From Alphaproteobacteria bacterium (GTDB lineage Bacteria; Pseudomonadota; Alphaproteobacteria; ATCC43930; CGMCC-115725), in assembly GCA_017353855.1 (NCBI GenBank), contig JAFMSA010000001.1:1-39594 (forward strand): 39,594 nt of DNA, read 5' to 3'. Made by a program: the position numbers and the translations under genes. Each line of letters opens with the position of its first letter. The first letter of the stretch is position 1. The notes under the pieces are model-generated. The model did no database searches, was not told the DNA's origin, and worked only from the letters and a program-made list of their open reading frames with translations. This document shows positions 18,864 through 26,815 of this stretch, in pieces.

Positions 18864-20102
18864 ATGAAGCAGCCGACACGTCGCACGATCCTCTCGGCGG
18901 CTCCAGCCGCACTAGCCTTTGGCGCTCCGCTGCTGTCTGCACGGCCGGCTCGCGCCGCGAAGAGCTCCGGGCCCGGTGTTACCGACACGACGATCAAGAT
19001 CGGCAACACTTGCTTCTACAGCGGACCCGCCTCGTCGTACGGCACGATCGGCCGGGCAATGGCGGCCTACTACAAGATGGTCAACGAGCAGGGCGGCGTG
19101 AACGGTCGCAAGATCATCTTTATTTCCTACGACGACGCCTATTCGCCGCCGAAGACCGTCGAAATGACGCGCAAGCTGGTCGAGCAAGACCAAGTCTTTC
19201 TGGATGCCGGCCCGCTCGGCACGCCGACCAACAGCGCGATCTGGCACTACATGAACCAGCACAAAGTGCCACAGCTGTTCGTGTCGACCGGCGCCACCAA
19301 ATGGGACGACCCCAAGGGCCACCCGTGGACGATCGGCTGGCAGCCGAATTACCAGAGCGAGGGGCGCATCTATGCGGCCTATGTTCTGGAGCACAAGCCC
19401 GACGGCAAGATCGGCGTGCTCTATCAGGACGACGATTTCGGCAAGGACTACCTGAAAGGCATCGTGGACGGACTCGGCGACAAGGCGGCGGCGATGCTGA
19501 AGGTCAAGGCGTCCTACGAGACGACGGATGCCACCGTCGACTCCGAGATCATCGGCATGAAGGCGGCCGGATGCGATGTCTTCATCAACACCGCGATCCC
19601 CAAATTCGCCGCGCAGTCGATCCGAAAGGCGGCCGAGCTCGAATGGAAGCCGCTGCATATCCTGAGCAGCATAGGCAATTCGGTCGCCGCCACGTTGCAG
19701 CCGGCGGGGCTCGAAAACTGCAAGGGCATCTTATCGGACTTCTACCTGAAGGACCCGACCGACCCGGCGTGGAAGGACGACCCCGGCTACAAATGGTGGG
19801 TTGCCTTCATGGACAAGTATTATCCCGGCGGCGACAAGACCGACGGCGGCAACGTCTACGGCCCTTCCAATGCCGCGACGATCGTGCAGGTGCTGCAGCA
19901 ATGCGGCGACGACTTGACGCGCGAAAACGTGATGAAGCAAGCCGCAAACCTGCGCGACTTCCGTGTGCCGATGCTGCTGCCCGGGATCACGATCAACACC
20001 AGCCCGAGCGACTTCGCCCCGGTCAAGCAGGTGCAGATGGGCCGCTTCGACGGCGAGCGCTGGCGGCTGTTCGGCCCGCTCCTGACGGGCGCGGTCGGCT
20101 AG
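18864..20102 (+). CDS. periplasmic substrate-binding protein, Leu/Ile/Val-binding family
   Basis: 412 aa with an N-terminal signal (MKQPTRRTILSAAPAALAFGAPLLSARPARA) and a type I periplasmic binding fold pattern. It is the last gene of the liv-type operon. Confidence 0.88.
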   Translation: MKQPTRRTILSAAPAALAFGAPLLSARPARAAKSSGPGVTDTTIKIGNTCFYSGPASSYGTIGRAMAAYYKMVNEQGGVNGRKIIFISYDDAYSPPKTVEMTRKLVEQDQVFLDAGPLGTPTNSAIWHYMNQHKVPQLFVSTGATKWDDPKGHPWTIGWQPNYQSEGRIYAAYVLEHKPDGKIGVLYQDDDFGKDYLKGIVDGLGDKAAAMLKVKASYETTDATVDSEIIGMKAAGCDVFINTAIPKFAAQSIRKAAELEWKPLHILSSIGNSVAATLQPAGLENCKGILSDFYLKDPTDPAWKDDPGYKWWVAFMDKYYPGGDKTDGGNVYGPSNAATIVQVLQQCGDDLTRENVMKQAANLRDFRVPMLLPGITINTSPSDFAPVKQVQMGRFDGERWRLFGPLLTGAVG

Positions 20103-20131
20103 GCGGCGATCACCAGGAAGCGCCGCGGGTC

Positions 20132-20154
20132 CTAGCTTGCCCGTGCCAAGCTAG
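20132..20154. terminator. hairpin between convergent SBP gene and phaZ
   Basis: CTAGCTTG-cccgtgc-CAAGCTAG is an 8-bp stem. The right arm overlaps the phaZ stop codon. There is no U tract. Confidence 0.3.
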
Positions 20155-21368
20155 TCGTGCGCGCGGATAAAGGCCTTGACCTTGGGGTAGATCTCGCTCT
20201 GCCAGCGGCGGCCGTGGAACACGCCGTAATGCCCGACCTGGCGCTGCAGGTGGTGCGCCTTATTTTCCTGCGGAATCCCGCTGCAAAGAGTGTGTGCGGC
20301 GACCGTCTGCCCGACCGCGCAGATGTCGTCTCTCTCGCCCTCGACGGTCATCAAGGCGGTGCGCTCGATCGCGGCCGGCTCTACCAGATTGTCGCGGACC
20401 CGAAAGCAGCCGCGCGGGAGGTCGTGGTCCTGGAAGACGCGCTTGATCGTCTGCAGATAGAAGTCGGCCGGCAAATCCATGACTGAACTGTATTCCTTGT
20501 AAAAGGCGCGCGTTGCCGCCGCACTCTCGCCGTCGCCTTTCACGAGGTCATTGAACATGGACCAATGTGCCGAGACGTGGCGGCCAAAATTGAGGCTGAG
20601 AAACCCGGCGAGCTGCAGAAAGCCGGGATAGACTCGGCGGAATGCCCCGGGGTAACGCGCCGGCACGGTGGTTACGACCGTGCGATCGAACCATTCGAGC
20701 GAACGAGCCATCGCGAAACGATTGACTTCGGTCGGGTTCGCCCGCGGGTCGATCGGGCCGCCCATCAGGATCATCGAGGCCGGTTGACAAGGGTCACCCG
20801 CCGCCGCCAGCAACGAGACAGCCGCCATTACCGGCACCGAAGGCTGACAGACCGCCATGACGTGAATGTTCGGCCCCAGCAGGCGGACGAACCGCATGAC
20901 CGCTTCGGCAAAATCGTCGAGATCGAACCGGCCGTAGAGAAGCGGAACGTTGCGAGCGTTTATCCAGTCAGTGATGTAGACGTTGTGCTCCGGCAGCAAA
21001 GTCTTGACGGTCCCGCGCAACAGGGTCGGGAAATGGCCCGAGAGCGGTGCGACGACCAGAACGGTCGGCTCGTCGCGGCTCCGCTCTTTGCGGAAGTGCA
21101 AAAGGTTGCAGAACGGGTGGGAGGCAACAGCCTCCTCGACGACGGCGACCTCTTCGCCGTCAATTGCTACGGAGCTGATGCCGAAATCCGGCCGGTCGTG
21201 CGATATTCCGGCGTTGGACAGCAGCTCCATCGCTGCAGCTGCGCCCCTGACGAAAGGGGCATTTGCGATCAGCGGCCATGGCTGGGTGAGTACACCGCGA
21301 AAATATTCGGCCGCGAGTCGGATCGGAGCGAGCACGTCGCTGTGTACCTGATAGGTGTCGTAAAGCAT
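20151..21368 (-). CDS. phaZ: intracellular polyhydroxyalkanoate (PHB) depolymerase
   Basis: 405 aa, MLYDTYQVHSDVLAPIRL...VVAPLSGHFPTLLR..ITDW, the typical PhaZ (intracellular) family pattern. Confidence 0.9.
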   Translation of the reverse strand: MLYDTYQVHSDVLAPIRLAAEYFRGVLTQPWPLIANAPFVRGAAAAMELLSNAGISHDRPDFGISSVAIDGEEVAVVEEAVASHPFCNLLHFRKERSRDEPTVLVVAPLSGHFPTLLRGTVKTLLPEHNVYITDWINARNVPLLYGRFDLDDFAEAVMRFVRLLGPNIHVMAVCQPSVPVMAAVSLLAAAGDPCQPASMILMGGPIDPRANPTEVNRFAMARSLEWFDRTVVTTVPARYPGAFRRVYPGFLQLAGFLSLNFGRHVSAHWSMFNDLVKGDGESAAATRAFYKEYSSVMDLPADFYLQTIKRVFQDHDLPRGCFRVRDNLVEPAAIERTALMTVEGERDDICAVGQTVAAHTLCSGIPQENKAHHLQRQVGHYGVFHGRRWQSEIYPKVKAFIRAHD

Positions 21369-21694
21369 GCATCCTCGTGTGTACGCGCCCCCAAGCGCAC
21401 GAACCCCCTATTAATCGAAACCCTCCAGCTCCGATCGATCTCGAGGCGAATTCATCCCAGCGCAAAACTTGATCCATTTCAAGTGCATATTGGCATTGCC
21501 AGTTGCTTAGGCAAGATCGCAGGCTGTTGATTACCTGCGCACTTAAATCATCGAGCCCGCTGTTTGAGGTGTCGGTTAATATTGCCGAAACTCAGGGCAA
21601 CAAAGCTTCACTGCCTGGTTAACGGGCATTGAGTTTGGCGCGGGGAGGTCAAGGTTGCGCCCGGTGGGCTTGGAGCGAACGCCCGGTCTTCGGC

Positions 21695-21841
21695 CTAGCA
21701 GCCTGTCGGACTTAAGTACATAAGGGGAACAAAATGAAGCGATATTTCAATTCCAAGGGGCGTTTATGGTCGAATGTGACCTGACCGATAGCAAAGATAT
21801 CATATTATTACGCAAATTTGTTCAGTCCGACAGGCTGCTAG
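21695..21841. mobile_element. MITE-like AT-rich insert bounded by perfect 17-bp inverted repeats
   Basis: CTAGCAGCCTGTCGGAC (21695-21711) and GTCCGACAGGCTGCTAG (21825-21841) flank 113 nt of about 36% G+C (my count). The flanks are high-GC. Confidence 0.4.
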
Positions 21842-21848
21842 AGACCTG

Positions 21849-22898
21849 TCAGTGCGGCGGTGCGGCCACACCGCCGCGAACTTCGTGGACGACGACGCCC
21901 GACAGCCGCGGAGGCGGTGCCAGCCAGCGGGGGTGCGCGAGGCTCGTTCCAATATCGCTTTCTCCGGCTCTCCACCGACGCGCAACGGCGGCAGACGAGA
22001 AATCGGCCATTTTGGCCGCCAAATCCATCGAGTTTCCCTCATGCACAAGACGCAGGATCGTCATCGTCGCACTCGTGGCTTCGCAGAGACATCGGCGAAT
22101 GTCGACATCGCTTCTCAGGCTGGCCGGCAGGCGTTCACCGAGCACCGCGATCCGGCGACGCAGATCGTAGGTGCGGCGCATCGCGGCAATTTCCCGCGCG
22201 GTGCGGCTGATCCCGCCATTGACACCGGGGAGCGGATCATAGCCGTCGATCGCAAAGCACAGTGTATCGGCCGGTCGCGCTTCGTCGAGCGCGCAAACCG
22301 GCAAAGCCGCGCCCCCGAAGAGGTGATGATCGATCATCACCGGCGCCAACCCTGGTACCGGGCTGCCTGCCAATACGTGATCGGGACCGAGAACGTGCCG
22401 ATCGTTGTCGAAGAATGTTTCGGCTCCCGACGCCAGGTTCACCGCCCCGAACACGACCCTGACTGCGCCCGAATTGATCTGCTCGAAATTGACGGTCTTG
22501 CTGATCAAAACCCGCAATTCGGCGGCGGAAAGCACAGGCTCGTCATCCCGCAGCAACATTGCCGGCCAGCGCCGGCGGCCCGCGAAAAAACGCGCCAATG
22601 CCGATTTTCCTGATCGGCTCCACCCTCGGGCACCGCCCGAGCGATCGGCAATCCGCCTGCTGAACTCCTGCCAGAACTGGCGCAGTCGCTGCACTCGTTC
22701 GTGCGGGAGGTTCCCCGCGATGATGGCGGCGTTGATCGCACCGATAGCGGTGGCGGCTATCCAGTTCGGGCGAACGCCGCACTTCTCCAGAGCCGCACAG
22801 GCTCCCGCCTGATACGCTCCCAGCGCTCCGCCCCCCGACAATACCAACGCAATCCGTTCGAAACGGGCCAAGTTCTTCTCGGGTCGCCCTCGCGCCAC
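21849..22898 (-). CDS. patatin-like phospholipase family protein (DUF3734-type), catalytic dyad lost
   Basis: GGGALGAYQAG oxyanion motif and a family-typical C-terminus. GXSXG reads A-T-A-I-G (22740-22754) and DGG reads F-G-G (F194, 22317-22319). Confidence 0.85.
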   Translation of the reverse strand: MARGRPEKNLARFERIALVLSGGGALGAYQAGACAALEKCGVRPNWIAATAIGAINAAIIAGNLPHERVQRLRQFWQEFSRRIADRSGGARGWSRSGKSALARFFAGRRRWPAMLLRDDEPVLSAAELRVLISKTVNFEQINSGAVRVVFGAVNLASGAETFFDNDRHVLGPDHVLAGSPVPGLAPVMIDHHLFGGAALPVCALDEARPADTLCFAIDGYDPLPGVNGGISRTAREIAAMRRTYDLRRRIAVLGERLPASLRSDVDIRRCLCEATSATMTILRLVHEGNSMDLAAKMADFSSAAVARRWRAGESDIGTSLAHPRWLAPPPRLSGVVVHEVRGGVAAPPH

Positions 22899-23044
22899 GA
22901 CTAGCTCTCCGCCACCGAGCCGCCTACCAGCAAGTGCTGCATCGCGTCAATCCAACGAACACCCATCGCGTGTGTTTCCGGGGTGGATACGCCGGCCTTT
23001 CAGGTCCGGGCAGGAGCCCGTCGCACGGACGAGGGGGGCTTTCC

Positions 23045-23281
23045 GGGTCCTTACGGACCCGCGTGACGGGAAGCTTTCGCTTCCGCTCCCCTCACCAATG
23101 TCAACCGGCAGCATTTCGGACAAGCCCGCTTCATCCCCACCCCAGGGGTTGTCTGCAGCCTGTCCTTCGAGAGGTCGGGACTGGGCAAGCCCCCCAAAGT
23201 CGGTCTTTGAGCTTCTCGGTCAACGCAGTCTCCGGTTTCCTTTCGACTTAGGGGGTCTGGCATGGGCTTCCGAAAAAGCCC
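23045..23281 (-). repeat. paralogous structured intergenic element, copy 2 (candidate cis-acting/ncRNA, minus sense)
   Basis: Colinear with 4149-4377. Minus-sense hairpins are GGGUCC[GUAA]GGACCC (23045-23060), GGAAGC[GAAA]GCUUCC (23069-23084) and GGGCUUU[UUCG]GAAGCCC (23264-23281). Confidence 0.65.
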
Positions 23282-23389
23282 CCGGCCTGAGCTGTGGGAA
23301 CTGCTTACGCGCTGCCCGGGAGACTTTCGCCCCTGCAGGCTCGTCATCATAGGGGGTCCGGCCCCCGCGTCCAATCCTGAAAGCTGTTC

Positions 23390-24232
23390 TCATCGGCCCT
23401 TCTTTTGCGTGCGGATAGCAGGAAGGGATTTGAGATAAGCAGCAATCGCGCGGCGGTCGGCATCATCGAGCCGAGAGGTGTTACGCACAATTTCAGCCAT
23501 CGCGCCCCCAACGAAATCGAACTCGGGAGTTTGCCCGTCCTTCAGCACATTGATGATATCCTGCTGGCTCCATTTCCCAATCCCGGTCTCCCGATCAGGA
23601 GTGATGTTCGGCACGACTTTGCCCCCGGGGCCGGCCGAGGCGCCGGCTAATCGGCGCCGGGGATCGGGTGCGCCGAAGATGTTGCGCGGCGTATGGCAAT
23701 CCTCACAACGGCCGACCGTGGCGACGAGGTAGGCGCCGCGGTTCCAAGCGGCGTCTCGAGACGGGTCGGCCAGCCACGGACCGGGAAAACGCCCGGCAAT
23801 TGCGGCTATCGCAGCCTTCGCCCGCCCTGCCGACAGGATGCCCGGCCCGCCGCTGCGGTTGACCGCCCGGACCGCCGGAACACTGTCCAAAAAGGCTTTC
23901 AAGTCCGCAAGGTCGGCGTCGGTCAGCCGATTGTAAAAGCGAAACGGAAAAGCCGGCAAATAGTGAGAATCGTCGGGAGCGATGCCCCAGCGCAGTGCGC
24001 GGACAAAATCGGCAAACCGCCAGCGGCCGATGCCCGTCTCCCGGTCGGGTGTGATATTCGGCGGGAAGATGACGCCGAACGCCGTTTCGAGCGGCCGCCC
24101 GCCCGCATAAGCCTTGCCGCCTCCCTTTGCGTCGGTGTGGCACTGGTCACAGCCGGCCGCGGCCGCGAGATACGCGCCGTGCGTTACCGCATCGGCACCG
24201 GGCGCACCCGCGGCCGGGGCGGCGCCCAGCAT
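23390..24232 (-). CDS. diheme c-type cytochrome
   Basis: Two CXXCH motifs (CDQCH, CEDCH), each followed by the repeated NITPDRETGIG(R/K)W module. The first canonical start (ATG 24232) falls inside the apparent signal peptide (see findings). Confidence 0.85.
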   Translation of the reverse strand: MLGAAPAAGAPGADAVTHGAYLAAAAGCDQCHTDAKGGGKAYAGGRPLETAFGVIFPPNITPDRETGIGRWRFADFVRALRWGIAPDDSHYLPAFPFRFYNRLTDADLADLKAFLDSVPAVRAVNRSGGPGILSAGRAKAAIAAIAGRFPGPWLADPSRDAAWNRGAYLVATVGRCEDCHTPRNIFGAPDPRRRLAGASAGPGGKVVPNITPDRETGIGKWSQQDIINVLKDGQTPEFDFVGGAMAEIVRNTSRLDDADRRAIAAYLKSLPAIRTQKKGR

Positions 24233-24350
24233 AAGCGATAAAGCAATTGCCGCCGTTTGGAAAACTCGCGAAATAGCCCCGACCTTACCGGCACATCCCT
24301 CGCTGGGCGGGGCGCCGGGCGCGACAGGCCGCCATCAATGTCCGGCTCGT

Positions 24351-24830
24351 TTACTTTTCAATCTTCTCACGGAAGGTCGTGTGGCAAGCGCCGCAGCCGT
24401 TCTTGCCGAGATCGGCGTAGGCCGCTTGGACCGCGCCCTTGTCACCGCCGTTCAACGCAACGACAAGGGCGTTAGCTTTTGCGACGGCCGTTTTCTGCGC
24501 GTCCAGGAATTTATTCCAATCGGTCCAAATCGCGGGTTTTGCTGCATAGTCGCCCGTGGGATTCGGTCCTTCCGTTCCCCGAGGGAACAAGTCCGGAATC
24601 TTATTGGTCGTCTTGGTGAGATTGGTGGCGCTGGACTTGGCCGGCGCGAGTTCCCCTTTACCGTCGAGATAGGCCTTGACGTTCTTGAGGTCTTTGCCTT
24701 GCTCCTTCATCGTGTCCTGGCGCTCCTTTAGAACGGCTGCCCTGTCCTGACCGGACGCGAGGCCGCTAAACCCCACCAGGGCAACCATCATTGCCGCAAT
24801 GCGCACGCGAGACCTAATGAACGAAGACAT
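24351..24830 (-). CDS. class II cytochrome c (c-prime / c556-like)
   Basis: Signal peptide, four-helix-type sequence, and a single C-terminal CGACH heme motif. I prefer the ATG at 24830 to the TTG at 24836. Confidence 0.82.
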   Translation of the reverse strand: MSSFIRSRVRIAAMMVALVGFSGLASGQDRAAVLKERQDTMKEQGKDLKNVKAYLDGKGELAPAKSSATNLTKTTNKIPDLFPRGTEGPNPTGDYAAKPAIWTDWNKFLDAQKTAVAKANALVVALNGGDKGAVQAAYADLGKNGCGACHTTFREKIEK

Positions 24831-24931
24831 GTGCAAGTGACCTCTCTACTCGGCAATACCGCCCCCCCGACGATCGATGCACACTAACTTTCGATTGTCG
24901 CAGAACAACCGTCGGCGCGGTGGGCTCACGG

Positions 24932-25555
24932 TTATGTGATCGGGATTTCGATGTGCTTTTTGAAAGCCGGCCGCTGGCGGAGCCGCTCGTACCAGGCCTT
25001 CAGATTCGTGAGTTGCGGCCGCTCGATCGGGAAGGCGTGCCAGCGATAGACAAGGGTTCCGAGCGTGATCTCGGCCAAGCTAAGCTCCTGCCCGGCCAGG
25101 TATGGACGGTCTTCCAACGCGTCTTCCACAATCATCCACGAGGCAACCGCCTTGCGCCGCGCCGCTTCGATCGCGGCGTGGTCGCGTTGCTCGGGTCTTG
25201 TGCGAATGAGCCCGAACAGCAACGTCCCCATAGGCGGCCCGATGCTCGAGAGCTGCCAATCCATCCAACGTTCGACGTGGGAACGGGTTGCCGCGGATCC
25301 GGTCGGGTAGAGGTGCTCGCCATTGCGAGTCGCGCAGAGATACCGGCAGATCGTGTTGGATTCCCACAGGATCAGATCCCCGTCTTTCACCGTCGGCACC
25401 AGACCGTTGGGGTTCATGGCGAGATATTCGGGATCCTGATTCCCTCCGAAAGGGCCGCCGAGATCCACCCGCTCGTACTCGATCCCGAGTTCGGCGCAGC
25501 ACCACAGCACCTTCTGCACATTGGATGACGTCGCCCGGCCCCAGATCTTCAGCAT
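24932..25555 (-). CDS. glutathione S-transferase
   Basis: MLKIWGRATSSNVQKVLW..NPNGLVPTV..LWESNTICRYL is a GST N-domain pattern. I trimmed to the ATG at 25555, which has an AGAGGAG Shine-Dalgarno. Confidence 0.88.
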   Translation of the reverse strand: MLKIWGRATSSNVQKVLWCCAELGIEYERVDLGGPFGGNQDPEYLAMNPNGLVPTVKDGDLILWESNTICRYLCATRNGEHLYPTGSAATRSHVERWMDWQLSSIGPPMGTLLFGLIRTRPEQRDHAAIEAARRKAVASWMIVEDALEDRPYLAGQELSLAEITLGTLVYRWHAFPIERPQLTNLKAWYERLRQRPAFKKHIEIPIT

Positions 25556-25695
25556 TGCCACTCCTCTGATCGATGGGCTCATATGGAGCCTGAGAATTCT
25601 GTCGAGTGCAACAGCACCATTCGCGCCAAGAGTCGTAAAATCCCACGCAAGGGGGCTGGGCCTCGTTGGTTTGACTAGTCTGAAGGGGATGCCGG

Positions 25696-25944
25696 ATGCA
25701 CCGATTCGCTTTGTCGTTCGCGGCCGCGCTGGCCGCGTCTGCCGTCAGCGCATACGCCGGCCAGACCGGCCAGGGGGTCATCCTCAGATGGAAGCTGATG
25801 GACGTCTGCTCCAGGCAGGCGCAGGCCGCCCATCCCGACTACAGTGCCGAGTCGAACGCCAAACGCGACGCGCAACTCAAGCAGTGCCTGAACGCCAACG
25901 GCCTTCCTCCGCGCCAGCCGTCTGCGACGCCCGGACCGCGCTAA
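25696..25944 (+). CDS. small secreted hypothetical protein
   Basis: 82 aa with a signal peptide (MHRFALSFAAALAASAVSAYA), two Cys and an AAGGGGA Shine-Dalgarno. I recognise no family. Confidence 0.55.
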   Translation: MHRFALSFAAALAASAVSAYAGQTGQGVILRWKLMDVCSRQAQAAHPDYSAESNAKRDAQLKQCLNANGLPPRQPSATPGPR

Positions 25945-25954
25945 GCGGACCCGG

Positions 25955-26812
25955 CTAAGCTTCCTCCCAGCCCTCGGCCATTGACGGCCGGTCCGCAACG
26001 GGTTTGGGACGGCTATGGGCCGATCGGAAATGTGCGCTCTCCACATACGCAAGCTGTACATCGACATCTATCGCGAGGCTGGACGTGATTTCAAGGCGCG
26101 TGTCCTCGAATACGTGCGAGCGCCGCCGCCGCCGCCACGCCATCACAGTCTCGTCGCGGGCCCGTAGCAATGCCGTTATCTGCGGGCGAAACAGCCGCAT
26201 AAGCGCACAGATCCATCGGCTGAGCACCACCGGGGGCTCGGGCTCGGCAATACGGAAGCAATCCAGCATGACGATGACGTCCTCCGCCCGATACCAGGTT
26301 TCGCCGGTTACCCACCGGTTCGTCGTAAACAGTCGAACCGCTTCGCCGCGAGGATCGAGAGCAATGGCGATCAGATGGCTCACCTCGTCCCGCTCTCCGC
26401 GCTTCAGCGGAGCAGCTTGCGGCCGCAGGGTCGGGGCGTCGGCGACCGCCAGCTCGGGAAGAAGCAGCGGGGCAACGCCGGCCGGCATGCCGTCGGCTCG
26501 CAAAAATGCGTGAAAATGACCCCGCTCGACCCGCTGCGCCTCTCCCGGATGCGCGTGGAAAAAATACTGGGCATGGGTTTTCGGGTCGTAGACCTCGCCC
26601 TCGGGATAATGCCGCCATTGCGCGATGAGCGCCGAACCCGCCGTGAGCTCGTTCAACAGCGTGGTGTTGCGCGCCGCGAGCTCCTGCCGGCATTCGCGGA
26701 TGACGACAGCGGCCGAGGCCATCTGCTCGATTTCGGCCCGGCTCACGCGCAAGCCTTCTGCTCCGTCCGAATGCACCGACCGACACCCCCCGCGAACAAA
26801 ACGCGTCCACAA
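25955..26812 (-). CDS. conserved hypothetical protein with a His-rich motif
   Basis: 285 aa, YFFHAHPGE..ERGHFHAF, no signal peptide. The TTG start is 4 nt after the upstream lipoprotein stop. An ATG at 26722 is an alternative. Confidence 0.6.
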   Translation of the reverse strand: MWTRFVRGGCRSVHSDGAEGLRVSRAEIEQMASAAVVIRECRQELAARNTTLLNELTAGSALIAQWRHYPEGEVYDPKTHAQYFFHAHPGEAQRVERGHFHAFLRADGMPAGVAPLLLPELAVADAPTLRPQAAPLKRGERDEVSHLIAIALDPRGEAVRLFTTNRWVTGETWYRAEDVIVMLDCFRIAEPEPPVVLSRWICALMRLFRPQITALLRARDETVMAWRRRRRSHVFEDTRLEITSSLAIDVDVQLAYVESAHFRSAHSRPKPVADRPSMAEGWEEA

Positions 26813-26815
26813 TAG

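Noticed and set aside
18743-20170. 475-aa plus-strand ORF overlapping the binding-protein gene
   Set aside because: It is an alternative frame of the well-supported 18864..20102 SBP gene, with Arg-rich low-complexity translation.
20565-21530. 321-aa plus-strand ORF
   Set aside because: It lies antisense to phaZ and has no motifs.
26121-26136. (GCC)5 trinucleotide repeat, encoding RRRRR in the His-motif protein
   Set aside because: It is short and in-frame, and is common in high-GC coding sequence. Nothing indicates phase variation.
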